64,000 nt of DNA from Squalus acanthias (taxonomy: Eukaryota): positions 156,180,001 through 156,244,000 of the forward strand of contig CM059431.1 in the NCBI GenBank assembly GCA_030390025.1, in the 5' to 3' direction. The translations under genes were made by a program, and so were the position numbers. The first letter of the stretch is position 1, and every line of letters begins with the position of its first letter. This document shows positions 1-14,700 of this stretch, in pieces. The notes under the pieces are model-generated. The model saw only the letters and a program-made list of their open reading frames with translations. It was not told the origin of the DNA and did not search any database.

Positions 1-3000
1 ACACAGAGTCTCAGAGTACCCTGTGCTACACAGAGTGTCAGAGTATCCTGGGCTACAAAGAGTGTCAGAGTACCCTGGACTACACAGAGTGTCAGAGTAC
101 CTTGGACTACACAGAGTTTCAGAGTACCGTGGACTACACAGAGTGTCAGATTAGCGTGGGCTAAACAGAGTGATAGAGTACACTGGGCTACACAGAGTTT
201 CAGAGTAACTTGGACGACACAGAGTGTCAGACTATCTTGGACTACAAAGCGTGTCAGAGTACCGTGGACTACACCGAGTGTCAGAGTATCCTTGGTAAAC
301 AGAGTGACAGATGACCCTGGACTACACGGAGTGTCAGTGTACCTTGGAATAGACAGAGTGTCAGAGTACCGTGTAATACACAGTGTTTCAGAGTACCGTG
401 GGCTACACAGAGTGTCAAGTTCATTGGCCTACACAGATTGTCAGAGTACCCTGGGATACACAGAGTGTCAGAGTACCGTGGAATACACAGAGTGTGAGAG
501 TACACTGGACTACACAGAGTGTCAGAGTACCGTGGAATACACAGAGTGTTAGAGTACCTTGGACTACACAGAGTGTCAGAGTACCCTGGTCTGCACAGAG
601 TGTCAGAGTCCCTTGGACTAAACAGCGTGTCAGAGTAAACTGGACTACTCAGAGTGTCAGAGTACCCTGGACTAAACAGCGTGTCAGAGTAAACTGGACT
701 ACACAGAGTGTCAGAGTACCGTGGACTACACAGAGTGACAGAGTACACTGGGCTACACAGAGTGTCAGAGTCCCGTGGACTACACGGAGTGTCAGAGTAC
801 CGTGTACTACACAGAGTGTCAGATTACCGTGGGCTACACAGAGTGACAGAGCACACTGGGCTACACAGTGTGTCAGAGTACCGTGGACTACACGGAGTGT
901 CACAGTACCCTGGGCTACACAGAGTGTCAGAGTACCGTGAACTACACAGAGTGTCAGAGTACCCTGGGCTACACAGAGTGTCAGAGTAACCTGGGCTACA
1001 AAGAGTGTCAGAGTACCCTGGACTACACAGAGTGTCAGGGTACCTTGGACTACACAGAGTATCAGAGTACCGTGGACTACACAGAGTGTCAGAGTACCGT
1101 GGGCTAAACAGATTGAAAGGGTACACTGGGCAACACAGAGTTTCAGAGTACCTTGGACTACACAGAGTGTCAGACTATCTTGGACTACACAGCGTGTCAG
1201 AGTACCGTGGACTACACAGAGTGTCAGAGTATCCTGGGTACACAGAGCGACAGAGGACCCTGGACTACACAGACTGTCAGAGTACCGTGTAATACACAGA
1301 GTTTCAGAGTTCCGTGGGCTACACAGAGTGTCAGAGTCCATTTGCCAACACAGAGTGTCAGAGTACCCTGGACTACACAGAATGTCAGAGTACCCTGGGC
1401 TACACAGAGTGTCAGAGTACCCTGGACTACACAGAGTGTTAGAGTACCGTGGAATAGACAGAGTGTTAGAGTACCTTGGACTAAACAGAGTGTCAGAGTA
1501 CCCTGGTCTACACAGAGTGTCAGAGTACGTTGGACTACACAGAGTGTCAGAGTACCCTGGACTACACAGAGTGTCAGAGTACCGTGGACTACACGGAGTG
1601 TCAGAGTACCGTGTACTACACAGAGTGTCAGATTACCGTGGGCTACACAGAGTGACAGAGTACACTTGGCTACACAGAGTGTCAGAGTACCGTGGACTAC
1701 ACGGAGTGTCAGAGTACCCTGTGCTACACAGAGTGTCAGAGTACCGTGGGCTACACAGAGTCTCAGAGTACACTGGGCTACACAGAGTGTCAGATTACCC
1801 AGGGCTAAAAGAGTGTCAGAGTACCTTGGACTACACAAAGTTTCAGAGTACCGTGGACTACACAGAGTGTCAGAGTACCGTGGGCTAAACAGAGTGATAG
1901 AGTACACTGGGCTACACAGAGTTTCAGAGTACCTTGGACGACACAGAGTGTCAGACTATCTTGGACTACAAAGCGTGTCAGAGTACCGTGGACTACACAG
2001 AGTGTCAGAGTATCCTGGGTACACAGAGTGTCAGAGGACCCTGGACTACACGGAGTTTCAGAGTACCGTGGGCTACACAGAGTGTCAGAGTACCCTGGAC
2101 TACACAGAGTGTCAGAGTACCCTGGGCTACACAGTGTGTCAGCGTACCGTGGAATATACAGAGTGTTAGAGTACCCTGTTCTACACAGAGTGTTAGAGTA
2201 CCGTGGAATACACAGAGTGTTAGAGAACCTTGGACTAAACAGAGTGTCAGAGTACCTTAGTCTACACAGAGTGTCAGAGTACCTTGGACTACACAGAGTG
2301 ACAGTGTACCCTGGACTACAAAGAGTGTCAGAGTACCGTGGACTGCACAGAGTGTCAGAGTACCTTGGATTACACAGAGTGTCAGAGTACCCTGGACTAC
2401 AAGGAGTTTCAGAGTACCTTGGACTACACAGAGTGTCAGAGTACCTTGGGCTACACAGAGTGTCAGAGTAACGTGGAATACACAGAGTGTTAGAGTACCC
2501 TGGACGACACAGAGTGTCAGAGTACCGTGGAATACACAGAGTGTTAGGTACCTTGGACTAAACAGAGTGTCAGAGTACCCTGGTCGACACAGAGTGTCAG
2601 AGTTTCTTGGACTGCACAGAGTGTCAGAGTACCCTGGACTACCCAGAGTGTCAGAGTTCCGTGGAATGCACAGAGTTTTAGAGTACCCTGGTCTACACAG
2701 TGTGTCAGAGTACCTTGGACTACACAGAGTGTCAGAGTACCCTGGGATACACAGAGTGTCAGAGTACCCTGGATTACACAGAGTTTCAGAGTACCTTGGT
2801 CTACACAGAGTGTCAGAGTTCCTTGGACTACACAGAGTGTCAGAGTCCCGTGGGCTACACGGAGTGACAGGGTACACTGGGCTACACAGAGTGTCAGAGT
2901 ACCGTCGACTACACGGAGTGTCAGAGTACCGTGGGCTAAAAGAGTGTCAGAGTACCCTGGGCTACACAGAGTGTCAGAGTACCCTGGGCTAAAAGAGTGT

Positions 3001-3840
3001 CAGAGTACCCTGGACTATACAGAGTGTCAGAGTACCTTGGACTACACAAAGTTTCAGAGTACCGTGGACTACACAGAGTGTCAGAGTACCGTGGGCTAAA
3101 CAGAGTGATAGAGTACACAGGGCTACACAGAGTTTCAGAGTACCTTGGACGACACAGAATGTCAGAGTACCCAGGACTACACAGAGTGTCAGAGTACCCT
3201 GGACTACACACAGTGTCAGAGTACCCTGGACCACACAGAGTTTCAGAGTACCTTGGACTAAACCGCGTGTTAGAGTAAACTGGACTACACAGAGTGTCAG
3301 AGTACCCTGGACTAAACTGCGTGTCAGAGTAAACTGGACTAAACAGAGTGTCAGAGTACTGTGGACTACACGGAGTGTCAGATTACCGTGAGCTACACAG
3401 AGTGACAGAGTACACTGGGCTACACAAGTGTCAGAGCACCGTGGACTGCACGGAGTGTCAGAGTACCGTGTACTAAACAGAGTGTCAGATTACCGTGGGC
3501 TACACAGAGTGACAGAGTACACTGGGCTACACAGAGTGTCAGAGTACCGTGGACTACACGGAGTGTCAGAGTACCCTGGGCTACACAGAGTGTCAGAGTA
3601 CCGTGGACTACACAGAGCCTCAGAGTACACTGGGCTACACAGAGTGTCAGAGTACCCTTGGCTAAAAGAGTGTCAGAGTACCCTGGACTACACAGAGTGT
3701 CAGAGTACCTTGGACTACACAAAGTTTCAGAGTACCGTGGACTACACAGAGTGTCAAAGTATCCTGGACTACACAGAGTGTCAGAGTACCGTGGAATACA
3801 CAGAGTGTTAGAGTACATTGGACTAAACAGATTTTCAGAA

Positions 3841-5566
3841 TACCCTGGTCTGCACAGAGTGTCAGAGTCCCTTGGACTAAACAGCGTGTCAGAGTAAACT
3901 GGACTACTCAGAGTGTCAGAGTACCCTGGACTAAACAGCGTGTCAGAGTAAACTGGACTACACAGAGTGTCAGAGTACCGTGGACTACACAGAGTGACAG
4001 AGTACACTGGGCTACACAGAGTCCCAGAGTACCGTGGACTACACGGAGTGTCAGAGTGCCGTGCACTACACAGAGTGTCAAATTACCGTGGGCGACACAG
4101 AGTGACAGAGTACACTGGGCTACACAGAGTGTCAGAGTACCGTGGACTACACAGAGTCTCAGAGTACCCTGGGCTACACAGAGTGTCAGAGTACCTGGGC
4201 TACAAAGAGTGTCAGAGTACCCTGGACTACACAGAGCGTCAGAGTACCTTGGACTACACAGAGTTTCAGAGTACCTTGAACTACACAGAGTGTCAGACTA
4301 TCTTGGACTACACAGCGTGTCAGAGTACCGTGGACTACACAGAGTGTCAGAGTATCCTGGGTGCACAGAGCGACAGAGGACCCTGGACTACACGGAGTGT
4401 CAGAGTACCTTGGACTACACAGAGTGTCAGAGTACCGTGTAATGCACAGAGTTTCAGAGTACCGTGGGCTACACAGAGTGTCAGAGTCCATTGGCCTACA
4501 CAGAGTGTCAGAGTAACCTGGACTACATAGAGTGTCAGAGTACCCTGGGCTACACAGAGTGTCAGAGTACCGTGGAATACACAAAGTGTTTTAGTACCTG
4601 GACTACACAGAGTGTTAGAGTACCGTGGAATACACAGAGTGTTAGAGTACCTTGGACTAAACAGAGTGTCAGAGTACCCTGGTCTACACAGTGTGTCAGA
4701 GTACCCTGGTCTGCACAGAGTGTCAGAGTCCCTTGGACTAAACAGCGTGTCAGAGTAAACTGGACTACTCAGAGTGTCAGAGTACCCTGGACTAAACAGC
4801 GTGTCAGAGTAAACTGGACTACACAGAGTGTCAGAGTACCGTGGACTACACAGAGTGACAGAGTACACTGGGCTACACAGAGTCCCAGAGTACCGTGGAC
4901 TACACGGAGTGTCAGAGTGCCGTGCACTACACAGAGTGTCAAATTACCGTGGGCGACACAGAGTGACAGAGTACACTGGGCTACACAGAGTGTCAGAGTA
5001 CCGTGGACTACACAGAGTCTCAGAGTACCCTGGGCTACACAGAGTGTCAGAGTACCTGGGCTACAAAGAGTGTCAGAGTACCCTGGACTACACAGAGCGT
5101 CAGAGTACCTTGGACTACACAGAGTTTCAGAGTACCTTGAACTACACAGAGTGTCAGACTATCTTGGACTACACAGCGTGTCAGAGTACCGTGGACTACA
5201 CAGAGTGTCAGAGTATCCTGGGTGCACAGAGCGACAGAGGACCCTGGACTACACGGAGTGTCAGAGTACCTTGGACTACACAGAGTGTCAGAGTACCGTG
5301 TAATGCACAGAGTTTCAGAGTACCGTGGGCTACACAGAGTGTCAGAGTCCATTGGCCTACACAGAGTGTCAGAGTAACCTGGACTACATAGAGTGTCAGA
5401 GTACCCTGGGCTACACAGAGTGTCAGAGTACCGTGGAATACACAAAGTGTTTTAGTACCTGGACTACACAGAGTGTTAGAGTACCGTGGAATACACAGAG
5501 TGTTAGAGTACCTTGGACTAAACAGAGTGTCAGAGTACCCTGGTCTACACAGTGTGTCAGAGTACC
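3841..5566. repeat. 861-bp higher-order repeat (~32 monomers), two tandem copies
   Basis: Identical ORFs offset by 861 (3967/4828, 4186/5047); ORF starts 4464/5325 share the same offset. Confidence 0.9.
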
Positions 5567-5749
5567 TTGGACTACACAGAGTGTCAGAGTACCCTGGACT
5601 ACACAGAGTGTCAGAGTACCGTGGATTGCACAGAGTGTCAGAGTACCGTGGGCTACACAGAGTGTCAGACTACCGTGGAATACACAGAGTGTTAGAGTAC
5701 CCTGGACTACACAGAGTTTCACAGTACCGTGGAATACACAGAGGGTTAG

Positions 5750-8700
5750 GTAACTTGGACTAAACAGAGTGTCAGAGTAACCTGGTCTGCACAGAGTGTC
5801 AGAGTACCTTGGACTGCACAGAGTGTCAGAGTACCACGGACTACACAGAGTGACAGAGTACACTGGGCTACACAGAGAGTCAGAGTACCGTGGACTACAC
5901 GGAGTGTCACAGTACCCTGGGCTACACAGAGTGCCAGAGTACCGTGGACTACACAGAGTCTCAGAGTACACTGGGCTACACAGAGTGTCAGAGAACCCTG
6001 GGCTAAAAAAGTGACAGAGTACCCTGGACTACACAGAGTGTCAGAGTACCTTGGACTACACAAAGTTTCAGAGTACCGTGGACTACACAGAGTGTCAGAG
6101 TACCATGGGCTAAACAGAGTGATAGAGTACACTGGGCTACACGGAGTGTCAGTGTACCTTGGAATACACAGAGTGTCAGAGTACCTTGTAATACACAGAG
6201 TGTCAGAGTTCATTGGCCTACCAAGAGTGTCAGAGTACCCTGGACTACACAGAGTATCAGAGTACCCTGGGCTACACAGAGTGTCAGAGTACCGCGGAAT
6301 ACACAGAGTGTTAGAGTACCCTGGACTACACAGAGTGTCAGAGTACCGTGGAATACACAGAGTGTTAGAGTACCTTGGACTACACAGAGTGTCAGAGTAC
6401 CCTGGTCTGCACAGAGTGTCAGAGTCCCTTGGACTAAACAGCGTGTCAGAGTAAACTGGACTACTCAGAGTGTCAGAGTAACCTGGACTAAACAGAGTGA
6501 CAGAGTACACTGGGCTACACAGAGTCCCAGAGTACCGTGGACTACACGGAGTGTCATAGTACCCTGGGCTACACAGAGTGTCAGAGTACCCTGGGCTACA
6601 AAGAGTGTCAGAGTACCCTGGACTACACAGAGCGTCAGAGTACCTTGAACTACACAGAGTGTCAGACTATCTTGGACTACACAGCGTGTCAGAGTACCGT
6701 GGACTACACAGAGTGTCAGAGTATCCTGGGTACACAGAGCGACAGAGGACCCTGGACTACACGGAGTGTCAGAGTACCTTGGACTACACAGAGTGTCAGA
6801 GTACCGTGTAATGCACAGAGTTTCAGAGTACCGTGGGCTGCACAGAGTGTCAGAGTCCATTGGCCTACACAGAGTGTCAGAGTAACCTGGACTACACAGA
6901 GTGTCAGAGTAACCTGGGCTACACAGAGTGTCAGAGTACCGTGGAATACACAAAGTGTTTTAGTACCCTGGACTACACAGAGTGTTAGAGTACCATGGAA
7001 TACACAGAGTGTTAGAGTACCTTGGACTAAACAGAGTGTCAGAGTACCCTGTTCTACACAGTGTGTCAGAGTACCTTGGACTACACAGAGTGTCAGAGTA
7101 CCCTGGACTACACAGAGTGTCAGAGTACCGTGGACTGCACAGAGTGTGAGAGTACCTTGGACTACACAGAGTGTCAGAGTACCGTGGGCTACACAGAGTG
7201 TCAGACTACCGTGGAATACACAGAGTGTTAGAGTACCCTGGACTACACAGAGTTTCACAGTACCGTGGAATACACAGAGAGTTAGGTAACTTGGACTAAA
7301 CAGAGTGTCAGAGTAACCTGGTCTGCACAGAGTGTCAGAGTACCTTGGACTGCACAGAGTGTCAGAGTACCCTAAAATACACAGAGTGACAGAGTACACT
7401 GGGCTACACAGAGTGTCAGAGTACCGTGGACTACACGGAGTGTCACAGTACCCTGGGCTACACAGAGTGCCAGAGTACCGTGGACTACACAGAGTCTCAG
7501 AGTACACTGGGCTACACAGAGTGTCAGAGTACCTTGGACTACACAAAGTTTCAGAGTACCGTGGACTACACAGATTGTCAGAGTACCGTGGGCTAAACAG
7601 AGTGATAGAGTACACTGGGCTACACAGAGTTTCAGAGTACCTTGGACGACTCGGAGTGTCAGGCTATCTTGGACTACAAAGCGTGTCAGAGTACCGTGGA
7701 CTACACAGAGTGTCAGAGTATCCTGGGTACACAGAGTGACAGAGGACCCTGGACTACACGGAGTGTCAGTGTACCTTGGAATACACAGAGTGTCAGAGTA
7801 CCGTGTAATACACAGAGTTTCAGAGTACCGTGGGCTACACAGAGTGTCAGAGTTCATTGGCCTACACAGAGTGTCAGAGTACCCTGGACTACACAGAGTA
7901 TCAGAGTACCCTGGGCTACACAGAGTGTCAGAGTACCGTGGAATACACAGAGTGTTAGAGTACCCTGGACTACTCAGAGTGTCAGAGTACCGTGGAATAC
8001 ACAGAGTGTTAGAGTACCTTGGACTACACAGAGTGTCACAGTATCCTGGTCTGCACAGAGTGTCAGAGTCCCTTGGACTAAACAGCGTGTCAGAGTAAAC
8101 TGGACTACTCAGAGTGTCAGAGTACCCTGGACTAAACAGCGTGTCAGAGTAAACTGGACTACACAGAGTGTCAGAGTACCGTGGGCTACACAGAGTGACA
8201 GAGTACACTGGGCTACACAGAGTGTCAGAGTACCGTGGAATACACAGAGTGTTAGAGTACCCTGGACTACTCAGAGTGTCAGAGTAACGTGGAATACACA
8301 GAGTGTTAGAGTACCTTGGACTACACAGAGTGTCACAGTATCCTGGTCTGCACAGAGTGTCAGAGTCCCTTGGACTAAACAGCGTGTCAGAGTAAACTGG
8401 ACTACTCAGAGTGTCAGAGTACCCTGGACTAAACAGCGTGTCAGAGTAAACTGGACTACACAGAGTGTCAGAGTACCGTGGGCTACACAGAGTGACAGAG
8501 TACACTGGGCTACACAGAGTGTCAGAGTACCGTGGAATACACAGAGTGTTAGAGTACCCTGGACTACACAGAGTGTTAGAGTACCCTGGACTACTCAGAG
8601 TGTCAGAGTACCTTGGACTACACAGAGTGTCAGAGTATCCTGGTCAGCACAGAGTGTCAGAGTCCCTTGGACTAAACAGCGTGTCAGAGTAAACTGGACT

Positions 8701-11700
8701 ACTCAGAGTGTCAGAGTACCCTGGACTAAACAGCGTGTCAGAGTAAACTGGACTACACAGAGTGTCAGAGTACCGTGGGCTACACAGAGTGACAGAGTAC
8801 ACTGGGCTACACAGAGTGTCAGAGTACCCTGGACTACACAGAGTTTCAGAGTACCTTGGTCTACACAGAGTTTCAGAGTGCCTTGGACTACACAGAGTGT
8901 CAGAGTACCGTGATTTAACAGAGTGTCAGAGTACCTTGGACTACACAGAGTGTTAGAGTACCCTGGGCTACACAGGGCTTCAGAGTACATTGGACTATAA
9001 AGAGTGTCAGAATACCGTGGACTACACACAGGGTCAGAGTATCGTGGATTAACAGAGTTTCAGAGTACCTTGGACTGCGCAGAGTGTCAGAGAAACGTGG
9101 GCGACACACATTGTCAGCGTACACTGGGCTACACAGAGTGTCAGAGTACCCTGGGCAACACAGAGTGTCAGAGTACATTGGAATACAAAGAGTGTCAGAG
9201 TAACCTGGACTACACAGAGTGTCAGAGTAAACTGGACTAAACAGAGTGTCAGAGTTCCGTGGAATACACAGAGTGTTAGAGTACCCTGGTCTACACAGAG
9301 TGTCAGTGTACCTTGGACAACACAGAGTGTCAGAGTACCCTGGACTACACAGAGTGTCAGAGTACCGTGGGCTGAACAGAGTGACAGAGTACACTGGGCT
9401 ACACAGAGAGTCAGAGTAGCGTGGACTACACGGAGTGTCAGAGTACCGTGTACTACACAGAGTGTCAGAGTACTGTGGACTACACAGAGTCTCAGAGTAC
9501 ACTGGGCTACTCAGAGTGTCAGAGTACCCTGGGCTAAAAGAGTGTCAGAGTACCGTGGACTACACAGAGTGTCAGAGTACCGTGAGCTAAACAGAGTGAT
9601 AGAGTACACTGGGCTACACAGAGTTTCAGAGTACCTTGGACGACACAGAGTGTCAGAGATCATTGGCCTACACAGAGTGTCAGAGTACCCTGGACTACAC
9701 AGACTATCAGAGTACCCTGGGCTACACAGAGTGTCAGAGTACCGTGGAATACACAGAGTGTTAGAGTACCCTGGACTACACAGAGTGTCAGAGTACAGTG
9801 GAATACACAGAGTGTTAGAGTACACTGGGCTACTCAGAGTGTCAGAGTACCCTGGTCTGCACAGAGTGTCAGAGTCTCTTGGACTAAACAGCGTGTCAGA
9901 GTAAACTGGACTACTCAGAGTGTCAGAGTACCCTGGACTAAACAGCGTGTCAGAGTAAACTGGACTACACAGAGTGTCAGAGTACCGTGGACTACACAGA
10001 GTGACAGAGTACACTGGGCTACACAGAGTGTCAGAGTACCGTGGAGTACACGGAGTTTCAGAGTACCGTGTACTACACAGAGTGTCAGATTACCGTGGGC
10101 TACACAGAGTGACAGAGTACACTGGGCTACACAGAGTGTCAGAGAACCCTGGGCTAAAAAAGTGACAGAGTACCCTGGACTACACAGAGTGTCAGAGTAC
10201 CTTGGACTACACAAAGTTTCAGAGTACCGTGGACTACACAGAGTGTCAGAGTACCGTGGGCTAAACAGAGTGATAGAGTACACTGGGCTACACGGAGTGT
10301 CAGTGTACCTTGGAATACACAGAGTGTCAGAGTACCTTGTAATACACAGAGTGTCAGAGTTCATTGGCCTACCAAGAGTGTCAGAGTACCCTGGACTACA
10401 CAGAGTATCAGAGTACCCTGGGCTACACAGAGTGTCAGAGTACCGTGGAATACACAGAGTGTTAGAGTACCCTGGACTACACAGAGTGTCAGAGTACCGT
10501 GGAATACACAGAGTGTTAGAGTACCTTGGACTACACAGAGTGTCAGAGTACCCTGGTCTGCACAGAGTGTCAGAGTCCCTTGGACTAAACAGCGTGTCAG
10601 AGTAAACTGGACTACTCAGAGTGTCAGAGTAACCTGGACTAAACAGCGTGTCAGAGTACACTGGGCTACACAGAGTCCCAGAGTACCGTGGACTACACGG
10701 AGTGTCAGAGTGCCGTGTACTACACAGAGTGTCAGATTACCGTGGGCTACACAGAGTGACAGAGTACACTGGGCTACACAGAGTGTCAGAGTACCGTGGA
10801 CTACACGGAGTGTCATAGTACCCTGGGCTACACAGAGTGTCAGAGTACCGTGGACTACACAGAGTCTCAGAGTACCCTGGGCTACACAGAGTGTCAGAGT
10901 ACCCTGGGCTACAAAGAGTGTCAGAGTACCCTGGACTACACAGAGCGTCAGAGTACCTTGAACTACACAGAGTGTCAGACTATCTTGGACTACACAGCGT
11001 GTCAGAGTACCGTGGACTACACAGAGTGTCAGAGTATCCTGGGTACACAGAGCGACAGAGGACCCTGGACTCCACGGAGTGTCAGAGTACCTTGGACTTC
11101 ACAGAGTGTCAGAGTACCGTGTAATGCACAGAGTTTCAGAGTACCGTGGGCTGCACAGAGTGTCAGAGTCCATTGGCCTACACAGAGTGTCAGAGTAACC
11201 TGGACTACACAGAGTGTCAGAGTAACCTGGGCTACACAGAGTGTCAGAGTACCGTGGAATACACAAAGTGTTTTAGTACCCTGGACTACACAGAGTGTTA
11301 GAGTACCGTGGAATACACAGAGTGTTAGAGTACCTTGGACTAAACAGAGTGTCAGAGTACCCTGTTCTACACAATGTGTCAGAGTACCTTGGACTACACA
11401 GAGTGTCAGAGTACCCTGGACTACACAGAGTGTCAGAGTACCGTGGACTGCACAGAGTGTGAGAGTACCTTGGACTACACAGAGTGTCAGAGTACCGTGG
11501 GCTACACAGAGTGTCAGACTACCGTGGAATACACAGAGTGTTAGAGTACCCTGGACTACACAGAGTTTCACAGTACCGTGGAATACACAGAGAGTTAGGT
11601 AACTTGGACTAAACAGAGTGTCAGAGTAACCTGGTCTGCACAGAGTGTCAGAGTACCTTGGACTGCACAGAGTGTCAGAGTACCCTGGACTACACAGAGT

Positions 11701-14700
11701 GACAGAGTACACTGGGCTACACAGAGTGTCAGAGTACCGTGGACTACACGGAGTGTCACAGTACCCTGGGCTACACAGAGTGCCAGAGTACCGTGGACTA
11801 CACAGAGTCTCAGAGTACACTGGGCTACACAGAGTGTCAGAGTACCTTGGACTACACAAAGTTTCAGAGTACCGTGGACTCCACAGATTGTCAGAGTACC
11901 GTGGACTAAACAGAGTGATAGAGTACACTGGGCTACACAGAGTTTCAGAGTACCTTGGACGACTCGGAGTGTCAGGCTATCTTGGACTACAAAGCGTGTC
12001 AGAGTACCGTGGACTACACAGAGTGTCAGAGTATCCTGGGTACACAGAGTGACAGAGGACCCTGGACTACACGGAGTGTCAGAGTACCGTGGACTAAACA
12101 GAGTCTCAGAGTTAACTGGGCTACACAGAGTGTCAGAGTACCGTGGGCTAAACAGAGTGATAGAGTACACTGGGCTACACAGAGTTTCAGAGTACATTGG
12201 ACGACTCGGAGTGTCAGGCTATCTTGGACTACAAAGCGTGTCAGAGTACCGTGGACTACACAGAGTGTCAGAGTATCCTGGGTACACAGAGTGACAGAGG
12301 ACCCTGGACTACACGGAGTGTCAGTGTACCTTGGAATACACAGAGTGTCAGAGTACCGTGTAATACACAGAGTTTCAGAGTACCGTGGGCTACACAGAGT
12401 GTCAGAGTTCATTGGCCTACACAGAGTGTCAGAGTACCCTGGACTACACAGAGTATCAGAGTACCCTGGGCTACACAGAGTGTCAGAGTACCGTGGAATA
12501 CACAGAGTGTTAGAGTACCCTGGACTACTCAGAGTGTCAGAGTACCGTGGAATACACAGAGTGTTAGAGTACCTTGGACTACACAGAGTGTCAGAGTATC
12601 CTGGTCAGCACAGAGTGTCAGAGTCCCTTGGACTAAACAGCGTGTCAGAGTAAACTGGACTACTCAGAGTGTCAGAGTACCCTGGACTAAACAGCGTGTC
12701 AGAGTAAACTGGACTACACAGAGTGTCAGAGTACCGTGGGCTACACAGAGTGACAGAGTACACTGGGCTACACAGAGTGTCAGAGTACCCTGGACTACAC
12801 AGAGTTTCAGAGTACCTTGGTCTACACAGAGTTTCAGAGTGCCTTGGACTACACAGAGTGTCAGAGTACCGTGATTTAACAGAGTGTCAGAGTACCTTGG
12901 ACTACACAGAGTGTTAGAGTACCCTGGGCTACACAGGGCTTCAGAGTACATTGGACTATAAAGAGTGTCAGAATACCGTGGACTACACACAGGGTCAGAG
13001 TATCGTGGATTAACAGAGTTTCAGAGTACCTTGGACTGCGCAGAGTGTCAGAGAAACGTGGGCGACACACATTGTCAGCGTACACTGGGCTACACAGAGT
13101 GTCAGAGTACCCTGGGCAACACAGAGTGTCAGAGTACATTGGAATACAAAGAGTGTCAGAGTAACCTGGACTACACAGAGTGTCAGAGTAAACTGGACTA
13201 AACAGAGTGTCAGAGTTCCGTGGAATACACAGAGTGTTAGAGTACCCTGGTCTACACAGAGTGTCAGTGTACCTTGGACAACACAGAGTGTCAGAGTACC
13301 CTGGACTACACAGAGTGTCAGAGTACCGTGGGCTGAACAGAGTGACAGAGTACACTGGGCTACACAGAGTGTCAGAGTAGCGTGGACTACACGGAGTGTC
13401 AGAGTACTGTGTACTACACAGAGTGTCAGAGTACTGTGGACTACACAGAGTCTCAGAGTACACTGGGCTACTCAGAGTGTCAGAGTACCCTGGGCTAAAA
13501 GAGTGTCAGAGTACCGTGGACTACACAGAGTGTCAGAGTACCTTGGACTCCACAAAGTTTCAGAGTACCGTGGACTACACAGAGTGTCAGAGTACCGTGA
13601 GCTAAACAGAGTGATAGAGTACACTGGGCTACACAGAGTTTCAGAGTACCTTGGACGACACAGAGTGTCAGAGATAATTGGCCTACACAGAGTGTCAGAG
13701 TACCCTGGACTACACAGACTATCAGAGTACCTTGGGCTACACAGAGTGTCAGAGTACCGTGGAATACACAGAGTGTTAGAGTACCCTGGACTACACAGAG
13801 TTTCAGAGTACAGTGGAATACACAGAGTGTTAGAGTACCTTGGACTACACAGAGTGTCAGAGTACCCTGGTCTGCACAGAGTGTCAGAGTCTCTTGGACT
13901 AAACAGCGTGTCAGAGTAAACTGGACTACTCAGAGTGTCAGAGTACCCTGGACTAAACAGCGTGTCAGAGTAAACTGGACTACACAGAGTGTCAGAGTAC
14001 CGTGGACTACACAGAGTGACAGAGTACACTGGGCTACACAGAGTGTCAGAGTACCGTGGAGTACACGGAGTTTCAGAGTACCGTGTACTACACAGAGTGT
14101 CAGATTACCGTGGGCTACACAGAGTGACAGAGTACACTGGGCTACACAGAGTGTCAGAGAACCCTGGGCTAAAAAAGTGACAGAGTACCCTGGACTACAC
14201 AGAGTGTCAGAGTACCTTGGACTACACAAAGTTTCAGAGTACCGTGGACTACACAGAGTGTCAGAGTACCGTGGGCTAAACAGAGTGATAGAGTACACTG
14301 GGCTACACGGAGTGTCAGTGTACCTTGGAATACACAGAGTGTCAGAGTACCTTGTAATACACAGAGTGTCAGAGTTCATTGGCCTACCAAGAGTGTCAGA
14401 GTACCCTGGACTACACAGAGTATCAGAGTACCCTGGGCTACACAGAGTGTCAGAGTACCGTGGAATACACAGAGTGTTAGAGTACCCTGGACTACACAGA
14501 GTGTCAGAGTACCGTGGAATACACAGAGTGTTAGAGTACCTTGGACTACACAGAGTGTCAGAGTACCCTGGTCTGCACAGAGTGTCAGAGTCCCTTGGAC
14601 TAAACAGCGTGTCAGAGTAAACTGGACTACTCAGAGTGTCAGAGTAACCTGGACTAAACAGCGTGTCAGAGTACACTGGGCTACACAGAGTCCCAGAGTA

